Origin: Clostridia bacterium
GTDB taxonomy: Bacteria > Bacillota > Sulfobacillia > SLMV01
Assembly: GCA_003551215.1 (NCBI GenBank)
Contig: PUMD01000133.1
Span: forward strand, 2,494 to 66,493
Reading direction: 5' to 3'
Length of the DNA: 64,000 nt
The notes beneath the pieces are model-generated. The model was not told where the DNA came from. It ran no database searches and saw only the letters and a program-made list of their open reading frames with translations. Positions within the stretch are counted from its first letter, which is position 1; the number at the start of each line of letters is the position of its first letter. Below, in pieces: positions 47,044 through 56,114 of the stretch. Both the position numbers and the translations under genes were made by a program.

Positions 47044-49152
47044 GTGGCACAGCAGGTAGTTTACACGGTCTTGGATCAATGCCGTCGCTGTTATCACTGC
47101 GTGCGTGAATGCCCGGTGAAAGCGATAAAGGTGGAAGAAGGTCAGGCCTGGGTGATTGAGGAGCTGTGCATCTCATGCGGAACTTGTGTTAGAAACTGTC
47201 AGCTGCGGGCCAAGACTTACCTCAATGTGGTTCCAGAGTGTGAAAAAGAGCTGGGAGCCAGCCGTCACTCCGTGGCCATGCTTGCACCCTCCTTTGTTGC
47301 CTCATTTACCGAAGTGCAGCCCGGTCAGGTGGTAGCAGCCCTCAAGCGCCTGGGCTTCGATCAGGTGGTGGAAGTGGCCTATGGAGCCGAGTTGACGGCT
47401 TTGGCGTATGAGCAGTTTATCAATGAAGTCATGAACAACGGTGCGGGAGCAAATCAGAATGGCCACACGCAACGTCCACCGTTCCTCAGCAGCGCCTGTC
47501 CGGCGATAGTCAATCTGGCTCAGATTCACTACCCTCAGCTGCTGGAGCATCTGGTGCCGATTGTCTCTCCCATGGTTGCCCTGGCCCGTTTTCTTCGCTG
47601 GCGCGCCGACAGGAGCGAAGAGCCGCAGCCGTTTGTGGTGTTCGTGGGTCCCTGCGTGGCGAAAAAAAGCGAAGTTGACGACCCTAATCTGCGCGGTGAC
47701 GTCGATCTGGTTTTGACCTTCGCAGAACTCCGTCAGATGTGCGAGGAGAAAGATATTGATATCGAAGCGCTACAGCCGGCCGAATTCGACCCTCCCCATC
47801 CTTCGGTAGCCCGAATTTTTCCTCTTTCCGGGGGACTGTTGCGTTCGACGGGGGAACGTACGGATCTGATCAATCCTGATTTCGAAGTGGTTGAAGGTAA
47901 AAACGACGTGGTTGAGCTCTTTGATTCGTTGACCAATGGTGAGTCGGTAGACACCTCCCTGGTTGATATCCTGCTGTGTGAAGGATGCATTGCCGGTCCG
48001 GTGATAGACAGTGACTTGCCCTATATAAAACGACGCGAACAGGTGGTCAACTACACGCGTAGCACGGTAGGAAGCAGTGAACTGAGGCGTGGTAGTCCAC
48101 CGGAAAGCTGTTTTCCCTTGGAGCACCTTAGAAGGACTTTCGAGCCGCAGGCACAGCATCTTGCGGTCCCATCAGAGGAGGAAATACGTTCAATACTGCA
48201 ACGTGTGGGGAAGTCAGAGCCCGAAGATGAGCTGAACTGCGGGGCTTGTGGTTACGGTACCTGCCGGGATAAGGCGGTAGCTGTCCACCGGGGACTGGCA
48301 GAGGCGGAAATGTGCCTTCCTTATATGCTCGAGAAAATGCAGGAGACAGTAAAGCAGTTAGAAGAATCCTATGAAGAGCTGCATGAAATGTACCATGAGC
48401 TGCAGGAGACGCAGAAAGAGCTGGTGCAGGCGGAAAAGATGTCCTCCTTGGGGCAGATAGCGGCGGGAGTGGCCCATGAGATTAACAATCCGCTCAGCGG
48501 CATCCTCCTGCACGTCGACCAGGTAGAGCGGAACGATGACCAACACGTACAGACCATCAGGAAGGAAGCTGCCCGCTGCAAAGATATAGTTCAAAATCTG
48601 TTGAACTTCGCCAGACAATCAAGACTTCGAAAGCAGCCAGTCGGGTGGAATTCGTACGTGCAACAGGTGGTAGAGCAGTATCGAGGCCAGATGTCAAAGC
48701 AAGTGGAGGTTGAGCTCGACCTGCATGCCAGCGCCGACCGCCAGATACAGTTGGACCCCGAGCAGATGAAGAGGGTGCTGACAAACCTTCTGGACAATGC
48801 TGTGGATGCAGTGGATGAATCGGGCAGAGTGACAGTGGCAACTCACTATAATCAGTACACCAAGGAGGTCTCGGTGGTCGTCCAGGATGATGGTGAGGGC
48901 ATATCGGAAGAGAACCAACAGCGGTTGTTTACCCCATTTTTCACAACCAAAGAGCCAGGTAAGGGAACTGGTCTGGGGCTGCCTATGGCCCATGGCATTG
49001 TGAAGATGCACCGGGGTGATATTGAAATTGACTCTGAGGTGGGAGCGGGCACAGAGGTCAAGGTAACGCTGCCTAGGGACACTGAGGGAGCTGCGGCAAT
49101 CGTCGGCGCAGGTGAACCACGCAAGGAAGGTTCATCCGACGTAATTTCGTAA
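47044..49152 (+). CDS. Sensory [FeFe]-hydrogenase-like domain fused to a histidine kinase (HisKA plus HATPase_c)
   Basis: Two CxxCxxC ferredoxin motifs. L1 SSACPAIV, L2 GPCVAKKSE, L3 CEGCIAGP. Then H box AHEINNPLSG and G boxes (DDGEGI; GTGLGLPMAHGIV). GTG start after GGAGGAGGTGA. Confidence 0.7.
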   Translation: MAQQVVYTVLDQCRRCYHCVRECPVKAIKVEEGQAWVIEELCISCGTCVRNCQLRAKTYLNVVPECEKELGASRHSVAMLAPSFVASFTEVQPGQVVAALKRLGFDQVVEVAYGAELTALAYEQFINEVMNNGAGANQNGHTQRPPFLSSACPAIVNLAQIHYPQLLEHLVPIVSPMVALARFLRWRADRSEEPQPFVVFVGPCVAKKSEVDDPNLRGDVDLVLTFAELRQMCEEKDIDIEALQPAEFDPPHPSVARIFPLSGGLLRSTGERTDLINPDFEVVEGKNDVVELFDSLTNGESVDTSLVDILLCEGCIAGPVIDSDLPYIKRREQVVNYTRSTVGSSELRRGSPPESCFPLEHLRRTFEPQAQHLAVPSEEEIRSILQRVGKSEPEDELNCGACGYGTCRDKAVAVHRGLAEAEMCLPYMLEKMQETVKQLEESYEELHEMYHELQETQKELVQAEKMSSLGQIAAGVAHEINNPLSGILLHVDQVERNDDQHVQTIRKEAARCKDIVQNLLNFARQSRLRKQPVGWNSYVQQVVEQYRGQMSKQVEVELDLHASADRQIQLDPEQMKRVLTNLLDNAVDAVDESGRVTVATHYNQYTKEVSVVVQDDGEGISEENQQRLFTPFFTTKEPGKGTGLGLPMAHGIVKMHRGDIEIDSEVGAGTEVKVTLPRDTEGAAAIVGAGEPRKEGSSDVIS

Positions 49153-49342
49153 ACAGCCTGCGGTGGGCAGTTGTGTTATTCTGCGGTTACGTATTTTGGA
49201 CGCTGTTGGTAGGTTTGGAGATTTCCTGAGCTGGTCAGAGACATTCTGGCAGTGAGGGGTAGTTTTCAGTACAACATACCTCCTGAGTCGAGGGTGGTGC
49301 AAAGGACACCTGAACCACAGGGAGGCACCATGCATACCAAGG

Positions 49343-49374
49343 GCCTACCTGTGTTTCTGCATGGGTAGGCTTTT
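49343..49374 (+). terminator. Rho-independent terminator, about 190 nt downstream of the hydrogenase-kinase fusion gene
   Basis: GCCTACC, a 13-nt loop, GGTAGGC, then TTTTT. Confidence 0.5.
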
Positions 49375-49458
49375 TACGTCAATCGCCGGTGTTGCCAGTC
49401 AACTAAGACAACGTGACGAGAGCGAGTGAGCAAAGGCTTCGGGAATGGGAGGCAAACC

Positions 49459-49737
49459 ATGGATCAAAGGATTGGCGTGGTGGGGATCGTGATAGAAGAC
49501 CGAGAGTGCATCGCACCTGAGGTTAACCGAATACTGAGCCAGTTTGGGGATGTTATCGTCGGCAGAATTGGGGTGCCGCGTCCGGACCATGACTTGGCGG
49601 TGATCGCGCTTATCGTACAGGGCACTGCAGATCAGATGGGAGCTCTTACTGGTCGGTTGGGGAATCTACCTTCGGTTCAAGTGAAGTCCGGAATGACCTC
49701 AAAGAGAGTGAAGACAGACGGGGAGGGATGCAGGTGA
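49459..49737 (+). CDS. Small ACT-like putative iron-only-hydrogenase system regulator (TM1266-like)
   Basis: About 92 aa, MDQRIGVVGIVIEDRE... Typical size and position immediately upstream of hydG. RBS GGGAGG. Confidence 0.5.
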   Translation: MDQRIGVVGIVIEDRECIAPEVNRILSQFGDVIVGRIGVPRPDHDLAVIALIVQGTADQMGALTGRLGNLPSVQVKSGMTSKRVKTDGEGCR

Positions 49738-51137
49738 AGCAGCTGCAGGAGGTGATTTCGGAGGAGAGAATATTCAATGTGCTTTCGGATGCTGCCGGAT
49801 CCAGCCGGCAGGAAGCCGGACGCATCATAGACAAGGGCCGCAACCTACAAGGTCTGAGCCCCAAAGAGGCGGCAGTTCTGCTGACCATCGACGAAGAGGA
49901 TCTGCGGCAGCTATTGCTGCAGGCAGCTCGAGAGGTAAAGGAACAGATTTACGGAAAGCGGCTGGTGATCTTCGCTCCGCTTTATCTGGATAATATCTGC
50001 CATAACAGCTGTCTTTACTGCGGTTTCCGAAAAGAGAACCAGAAAATAGAACGACGGCGGTTGTCGATGGAGGAAATAAAAAAAGAAGTCTCTGCTTTGC
50101 AGAAGGAAGGACACAAGCGGCTGTTGATTCTTACCGGCGAGAAGCGGGATGCGGATCTGGACTATCTGCTGGATGGAATAGCTGCTGCATACCAGGTGCA
50201 GACCAAAAAGGGAGGACAGACTCGCAGGATCAACGTCGAGGTCGCTCCCATGACCGACAAAGAGTTTGAGTCTCTTGCGGAAGCGAATATAGGTACGTAT
50301 ACCTGTTTTCAAGAGACCTACCACCGCCCCACCTATAAGAGAATGCACCCGCGAGGGCGGAAGGCAGATTTCGACTGGCGTCTGACGGTTATGGATCGCG
50401 CTCAGCGTGCTGGTATAGACGATGTGGGTATCGGAGCGCTTTTTGGTCTTTATGATTACCGCTATGAGGTGGTGGCAATGCTCCTGCACGCTCAGTATTT
50501 GAGTGAAACCTACGGAGTCGGACCGCACACTGTATCTGTCCCGCGGTTGCAGCCCGCTGCCGAGGCACCGATACGCAAGTCCCCTTACCCGATTTCCGAT
50601 GAGGATTTCAAGAAATTGGTCGCCGTGCTCCGATTGGCTATCCCTTATACCGGGATAATCCTGAGCACCCGGGAACCGGTTTCCCTGCGTAATCAGCTAT
50701 TTATGCACGGTGTTTCTCAGATCAGCGTCGGCTCCCGGACTGCCCCCGGTGCCTACCAGCAAGACGAGCAGGGCTGCGGCAAGCGAGCGCAGTTTACTCT
50801 GCACGATAGTCGTCCTATGTCCGAAGTGGTGGCTGAAGTCGCCAAGGCCAACTATATTCCCAGTTTTTGCACTGCCTGCTACAGAGAAGGGAGAACCGGT
50901 GAGGCTTTCATGGATCTGGCCATACCGGGCAAGATTAGCAACTACTGCAAGCCGAATGCCATGTTGACCTTCAAGGAATATCTCACGAACTATGCCGATG
51001 AAGTGACCACAAAGGCAGGAGAGGCCTGTCTCAACCACCATCTGCGGGAAATCAAGAGCGGAGATAAACAGCTAGCCCAATGGATTGAGCGGGCCTTCGA
51101 CCGCATGCAACGGGGGGAACGCGACATTTACCTGTAG
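49728..51137 (+). CDS. hydG: [FeFe] hydrogenase maturase HydG (radical SAM tyrosine lyase)
   Basis: Radical-SAM CHNSCLYCGF. C-terminal auxiliary cluster motif C-x2-C-x22-C (FCTACYREG...ISNYC). 469 aa. Confidence 0.85.
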   Translation: MQVKQLQEVISEERIFNVLSDAAGSSRQEAGRIIDKGRNLQGLSPKEAAVLLTIDEEDLRQLLLQAAREVKEQIYGKRLVIFAPLYLDNICHNSCLYCGFRKENQKIERRRLSMEEIKKEVSALQKEGHKRLLILTGEKRDADLDYLLDGIAAAYQVQTKKGGQTRRINVEVAPMTDKEFESLAEANIGTYTCFQETYHRPTYKRMHPRGRKADFDWRLTVMDRAQRAGIDDVGIGALFGLYDYRYEVVAMLLHAQYLSETYGVGPHTVSVPRLQPAAEAPIRKSPYPISDEDFKKLVAVLRLAIPYTGIILSTREPVSLRNQLFMHGVSQISVGSRTAPGAYQQDEQGCGKRAQFTLHDSRPMSEVVAEVAKANYIPSFCTACYREGRTGEAFMDLAIPGKISNYCKPNAMLTFKEYLTNYADEVTTKAGEACLNHHLREIKSGDKQLAQWIERAFDRMQRGERDIYL

Positions 51138-51140
51138 GAG

Positions 51141-52445
51141 GTGATCGCCATTCAGAAAACACCGAGAGCAACTCGTCCACATATAGCAGTTTTCGGCAGG
51201 CGCAATGTTGGTAAATCCACCTTGGTCAACGCGCTGGCAAACCAAAACGTAGCAGTGGTTTCGTCGGTACCGGGTACCACAACTGATCCGGTTTACAAAT
51301 CAATGGAACTTCACCCGTTCGGACCGGTTGTGCTGATTGATACTGCCGGAATAGATGATGCGGGCGACCTGGGGGAAGTACGGGTGAACCGCACCAGGCG
51401 TGTGCTTCGCCGGACCGATCTGGCTTTATTGGTGGTCGATCCGCGGCAGGGAATCGGCGAGTGGGAAACGGACTTTCTGTCAGAGGTTAACCGCGATAAA
51501 GTTTCTGTGCTGGCAGTCATAAACAAAATTGATCGAGCGGAAAGAAAGGATCTAAGAGGTATCCGGCGAGAAGTCAGAAACGGGCTGGATCTCCCGGTAG
51601 TCCGGGTCAGTGCCGAGCAGCATAGGGGCATTGATGCACTGCGGGATGAGATAGTGGCCCATCTTCCCCGCAGGGCGAAGGCAGATACCATCGCTGCGGA
51701 CCTTGTATCGGAGGGGAATCTGTGCCTGCTGGTCACTCATATCGATGAGGCTGCTCCCCAGGGCCGGCTGATTTTACCTCAGGTGCAGACGCTGCGCGAT
51801 CTGTTGGACCATGGCTGTCCTGCGCTGGTGACGAAAGAAAGCGAACTACCTCTGGCCCTCAGCAGATTATCGTCGCCGCCGGGTCTGGTTATATGTGATT
51901 CGCAGGTGTTTCCCCGGGTACAGGAGTGCTTGCCGGGGGATGTTTCATTGACCAGCTTCTCCATTTTATTTGCGCGACTTAAAGGGGATTTTCAATTCTA
52001 CCTGCGGAGCCTGCAACAGTTGGAGAGACTTGCCCCCCAAACGAGGATCATCGTAGCCGAGGCATGTACGCATAGGGTTACGCACGAGGATATAGGGCGC
52101 GTCAAGATCCCGCGCATGTTGTGCAGCCGATACCCCGATCGAGCATTTATATTTGATTACTGCTCCGGCAGCGATTTTCCCGATGACCTCGATCCCTACG
52201 ATCTAATGTTGCACTGCGGCGGGTGCATGTTGAATCGCACAGAAGTTCTGTCGCGTCTCGGCGAAGCCCAGGAGGCCTCACTTCCAGTAATAAACTATGG
52301 TATGCTCCTCGCCTACCTCAACGGTATCCTTGGACGAGCCCTTCAACCGATACTGGGCAAACAACCTGCTTATCAATATTGTGGCATCGGGGATGATGTG
52401 CGCGTTGGTGACGATGCAAGGCGAGGTGAAGATGATGTCAGTTAG
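51141..52445 (+). CDS. hydF: [FeFe] hydrogenase maturation GTPase HydF
   Basis: GRRNVGKSTL (G1), DTAG (G3), NKID (G4). C-terminal CxH...HCGGC cluster motif. Start codon uncertain (GTG 51141 abuts the GGAGG). Confidence 0.8.
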   Translation: MIAIQKTPRATRPHIAVFGRRNVGKSTLVNALANQNVAVVSSVPGTTTDPVYKSMELHPFGPVVLIDTAGIDDAGDLGEVRVNRTRRVLRRTDLALLVVDPRQGIGEWETDFLSEVNRDKVSVLAVINKIDRAERKDLRGIRREVRNGLDLPVVRVSAEQHRGIDALRDEIVAHLPRRAKADTIAADLVSEGNLCLLVTHIDEAAPQGRLILPQVQTLRDLLDHGCPALVTKESELPLALSRLSSPPGLVICDSQVFPRVQECLPGDVSLTSFSILFARLKGDFQFYLRSLQQLERLAPQTRIIVAEACTHRVTHEDIGRVKIPRMLCSRYPDRAFIFDYCSGSDFPDDLDPYDLMLHCGGCMLNRTEVLSRLGEAQEASLPVINYGMLLAYLNGILGRALQPILGKQPAYQYCGIGDDVRVGDDARRGEDDVS

Positions 52446-53526
52446 TGAGACAGCATACAGTCACGAGTATATCCACAACATCTTAAAACGGGCACACTGC
52501 CAGGGCCCGGAACTATCCGTAGGGGAGATCGAGGCGCTGCTCAGCATAGGTCATCCCGACGGGCTCGAATCTCTCTACGCTATTGCTGATAAGGTTCGGA
52601 AAGATACGGCAGGTGATGGGATTCACCTGCGAGGACTGATAGAGTTTTCCAATTACTGTCGCAGAAATTGCCTGTACTGCGGGCTGCGCAGGGCTAACCG
52701 TCGTCTGACCCGGTATCGGATGGATCAAACAGAGGTTTTGGGAGTTGTGCAGGCCATGGCGGAGCGGGGTATAAAGACCGTGGTATTGCAGTCGGGGGAA
52801 GATCCGCACTTCACACAGGCGCGGATGGTTTCCCTCGTTGAAAAGATAAAATCGCGTTTTGATATAGCCATTACCCTGAGTGTGGGTATACGATCTCAAA
52901 AGGATCTGATCGCTTTCCGGGCGGCGGGTGCTGACCGCTATCTACTGCGCCATGAAACTGCAAACCGCCAGCTATACTCTCAGCTGCACCCAGATTCCCG
53001 ACTCGGCGACCGAGTAGAAATGCTGCATGCGCTCAGCGAATTGGGATATGATATCGGCACTGGACCCATGGTGGGGCTTCCCGGACAGACTTACCGAGAT
53101 CTGGCCTTGGATATTGATCTGGCCCGACGACTCAAAGCCGATATGTTTGGCGTTGGTCCGTTCATCCCTCATCCGGATACTCCCCTGAGTGAGGCACAGG
53201 AGGGTACAGCAGAGGACACTTTCAAGATGATTGCGCTGGCACGTATAGTTTTAAGGGAGGTTCACATACCTGTGACTACCGCCCTGACCACCCTGGATGC
53301 CGAGGCCCGGGAGAAGGGATGGAACAGAGGGGCAAACGTAGTTATGCCGAACGGCACGCCAGCTCCTTATCGCGAGCAGTATGAATTATATAAGGATAAG
53401 AGATGCCTGCAGGATTCGCTGAAGCGATGTGCGGTTTGTCTGCAGATGCGGGTTCAGTCCGTTTCACGCCATATCAGCTCAGGTTATGGTGATTCCCTGC
53501 GCAGTGACAGACAGAGGTCTTCCTGA
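52432..53526 (+). CDS. hydE: [FeFe] hydrogenase maturase HydE (radical SAM)
   Basis: CRRNCLYCGLRRAN radical-SAM motif, about 364 aa. ATGATG start after GGCGAGGTGAAG, overlapping the hydF stop. Confidence 0.8.
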   Translation: MMSVSETAYSHEYIHNILKRAHCQGPELSVGEIEALLSIGHPDGLESLYAIADKVRKDTAGDGIHLRGLIEFSNYCRRNCLYCGLRRANRRLTRYRMDQTEVLGVVQAMAERGIKTVVLQSGEDPHFTQARMVSLVEKIKSRFDIAITLSVGIRSQKDLIAFRAAGADRYLLRHETANRQLYSQLHPDSRLGDRVEMLHALSELGYDIGTGPMVGLPGQTYRDLALDIDLARRLKADMFGVGPFIPHPDTPLSEAQEGTAEDTFKMIALARIVLREVHIPVTTALTTLDAEAREKGWNRGANVVMPNGTPAPYREQYELYKDKRCLQDSLKRCAVCLQMRVQSVSRHISSGYGDSLRSDRQRSS

Positions 53527-53596
53527 TAACGTTGGAGGAAAGTCCTCCTATCTAAAGATTGCGGGCATCAAGATCTGGCGATTGTGATTGATCGAA

Positions 53597-53631
53597 CAAG
53601 ATTGAGTTGCAAGATTGAGACATAGTATAAT
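53597..53631 (+). promoter_or_regulatory. Promoter-like region with tandem CAAGATTGAG repeats upstream of the stand-alone receiver gene
   Basis: CAAGATTGAG at 53597 and 53610 (13-nt period), further GATTG copies upstream, -10 TATAAT at 53626. Confidence 0.3.
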
Positions 53632-53749
53632 TGCATTGCTGACCAGCAGCCAGTAAGAAAACCGATTGTAACGATCTTCTGCTCGGTCTGCAGGGTCGTT
53701 TGCATCTTCTAACATAGACCGAGTCCTTACGGGAAGGGAGGTCAAATCG

Positions 53750-54154
53750 ATGACAGAAGGAAAGACTGTTCTCCTGATTGATGATGATGCCGATTTCGTA
53801 GACTTGAACAAAAAGGCTCTGGAGGATGCTGGTTACGAAGTGGAGACTGCTTATGATGGAGAAGAGGGCATGCAGAAAGCCAAAGATATCAAGCCGGATG
53901 CAATAGTCCTTGACGTTATGATGACTACCTCCACAGAAGGGTTTGAAGTGGCGCGGGATATGCGCAATGATCCCAAGACCAAGCACACCCCGATCATCAT
54001 GCTTACGTCCATAAATGCACCTGAGCACGGGCTGCCCCGTGCCCTCGGAGAGTATGACAAGGACGAGACTTGGAACCCGGTGGACGTATTCCTCAACAAG
54101 CCAGTGTCTCCTGAGGAGCTGCTAGAAAAGATAGAAGATGCCCTCAAACGGTAG
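53750..54154 (+). CDS. Stand-alone response-regulator receiver (CheY-like)
   Basis: LLIDDD, D in IVLDVMM, TPIIMLTS, NKP motifs. 134 aa with no output domain. Confidence 0.75.
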   Translation: MTEGKTVLLIDDDADFVDLNKKALEDAGYEVETAYDGEEGMQKAKDIKPDAIVLDVMMTTSTEGFEVARDMRNDPKTKHTPIIMLTSINAPEHGLPRALGEYDKDETWNPVDVFLNKPVSPEELLEKIEDALKR

Positions 54155-54169
54155 CATCTGACAGAACTG

Positions 54170-54432
54170 ACTTGGCGTCGCACAGACTCAGCAGACGATG
54201 ACGCAGGCTTTGCGGGAGTAAAGAGGAGAGCACCTGGGGCATCCGGTAATGAGGTCTCGAGTATGAGCAGTCTGACGATATCCAGCTGGATTTGATGATG
54301 GCGCACAGTGATGCAGGTTTCCACTATGCATGCGAGATCAAATCCCGAAATCAGGAAGTACCGGTGATGATGTTGACCGGAGCCGCATTGAACACGCAAC
54401 ATGGGGTCAGGCTTTTTAGATGCTGGCGAGCC
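54170..54432 (+). pseudogene. Frameshifted, degenerate remnant of a second receiver domain
   Basis: One frame reads ..DDDAGFAG... A +1 frame reads YEQSDDIQLDLMMAHSDAGFHYACEIKSRNQEVPVMMLTGAAL, matching the PDLILLDLMMPG...PIIMLTA receiver signature. No intact ORF. Confidence 0.45.
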
Positions 54433-54544
54433 AGGGATGGATAGCAGTGGCGCTTATTCGAAGACCCTCATTTCCAGGAGCGTCCTGCTGGAGACGTCCG
54501 ACGCTTGCTGGATCAGGCCTATGAGCGGTGCGACTTAGTGCTGT

Positions 54545-54574
54545 GGAGACCGGGTGGAATTCCACCCGGTCTCC
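54545..54574. repeat. Perfect 30-nt palindrome 20 nt upstream of the hybrid kinase gene
   Basis: GGAGACCGGGTGGAA|TTCCACCCGGTCTCC, exact reverse complement over 15+15 nt. Confidence 0.6.
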
Positions 54575-54593
54575 GTGTTAGAGGGGCGATAAT

Positions 54594-56114
54594 GTGACAA
54601 AACCTGAGGATCCCCAAAAATACGTACAGAACATCCTTGATGAGCAAGACGGTTCTCCTCAGATAATTGTTCTTGATGACGAGGAATCGATACGCTCGGG
54701 GTGTAAGAAAGCGCTGGAGGGTGAGGGCTTGGAGGTAGACGTTGCCGCCGATGGTGTGCAAGGTTGGGAGATGCTCAATCGCAAGGAGTATGATCTGGCA
54801 CTGGTGGATCTGAGGATGCCAGGTCTGGACGGTATATCAGTTCTCGAAAGGATGCAGGATGCGATGCCAGATGTGGTGACGATAGTGATCACCGGCTACG
54901 CTTCCTTTGAGACTGCCGTTGAGACCGTCAAGCTTGGGGCCTATGACTATATACCGAAGCCGTTTACTCCCGAGGAGCTGCGGAATGTGGTCAACCGGGG
55001 ACTGGAACGGCGATTTCTCCAGCTTGCCAACCGGCGATTGCGGGAAGAAAGAGAACGGAACCTCCTAACCCTCACTGAAGAAAGAAGCCGCCTGATAACC
55101 GTTCTGAACGCTATGTCTGACGGAGTACTGGTGATCAACCGATCGGGACAGCTGGTACTTTTCAACCCGAGCGCCCTGCATTGGGTGCTGAAGGACAGAC
55201 AAGTCAATGAAGAACAGCCCCCAGTAGCGCTGGAGGAAGCCGTCAGGGAGGAGGCCCTTTTGCAGCTTGTTGAGGCGATAGAACAGGATGAACAGCTGGA
55301 CCAGCAGGATGTTGAGCTAGAGATAGATGGTGAGCGGTTCATCCATGCCGCCGGGGCTGCCGTTCGGGACGAAAATGACCGTTACCTGGGCGTGGTGATT
55401 GTGCTGCGTGACATCACCGAGCGCAAGGAAATTGAGAAAATGAAGACAGCGCTGGTGAGGACGGTTTCACATGAGCTGAGGTCTCCGCTGGCAGCGGTAG
55501 AGGGTTATCTGAACTATCTTGATGATGAAGATCAGGACCCCTCCGAGCGGAGCCACATGGTGCACAGATGTCGCGAACGCATTCAGGGACTGCAGCAGAC
55601 CATAAATGATTTGCTTGACCTCTCCAGACTGGAAAGCGGACAGGTTCATCGGGAGCTAAGGAAGCACAACCTGACAGATATCCTCGATGAAATAGTGCAG
55701 CTGCAGAAAGGGGTTGCCGCAGAGCGAAATATTTCCATTGATCTTCATGCACCTGAGGATCTGCCGGTGCTGGCTGACAAGCGCGAACTGTCCGAGATAT
55801 TTGGCAATCTCATTTCGAATGCAATTAAGTACAATCAGGATGATGGGCAGGTATGGGTCAAGGCCGGAAGCGACGGCGAGTATATCGTCGTAGAGGTATC
55901 TGACACCGGTATCGGGATCAAGCCTGAGGCGCTGGATAGCATTTTTGATGAGTTCTATCGCGTTCGTGGCCGTCAGACGGCAAAGATCAGCGGGTCTGGC
56001 CTGGGACTGGCAATCGTTAAGCGGCTGGTGGAGCAGTACCAGGGCCGCATCTTAGTCGAAAGCGAGTTGGGCGAGGGCTCCACCTTTGAGGTGAATCTGC
56101 CCATTCGCCCCTAG
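54594..56114 (+). CDS. Hybrid sensor: N-terminal receiver plus PAS plus histidine kinase
   Basis: REC (IIVLDDEE; LALVDLRMPG; TIVITGYA; YIPKPF). PAS-like (LNAMSDGVLVINRSG). H box VSHELRSPLAAV. N/G boxes (NAIKYN; DTGIGI; GSGLGLAIV). GTG start after GAGGGG. Confidence 0.75.
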   Translation: MTKPEDPQKYVQNILDEQDGSPQIIVLDDEESIRSGCKKALEGEGLEVDVAADGVQGWEMLNRKEYDLALVDLRMPGLDGISVLERMQDAMPDVVTIVITGYASFETAVETVKLGAYDYIPKPFTPEELRNVVNRGLERRFLQLANRRLREERERNLLTLTEERSRLITVLNAMSDGVLVINRSGQLVLFNPSALHWVLKDRQVNEEQPPVALEEAVREEALLQLVEAIEQDEQLDQQDVELEIDGERFIHAAGAAVRDENDRYLGVVIVLRDITERKEIEKMKTALVRTVSHELRSPLAAVEGYLNYLDDEDQDPSERSHMVHRCRERIQGLQQTINDLLDLSRLESGQVHRELRKHNLTDILDEIVQLQKGVAAERNISIDLHAPEDLPVLADKRELSEIFGNLISNAIKYNQDDGQVWVKAGSDGEYIVVEVSDTGIGIKPEALDSIFDEFYRVRGRQTAKISGSGLGLAIVKRLVEQYQGRILVESELGEGSTFEVNLPIRP

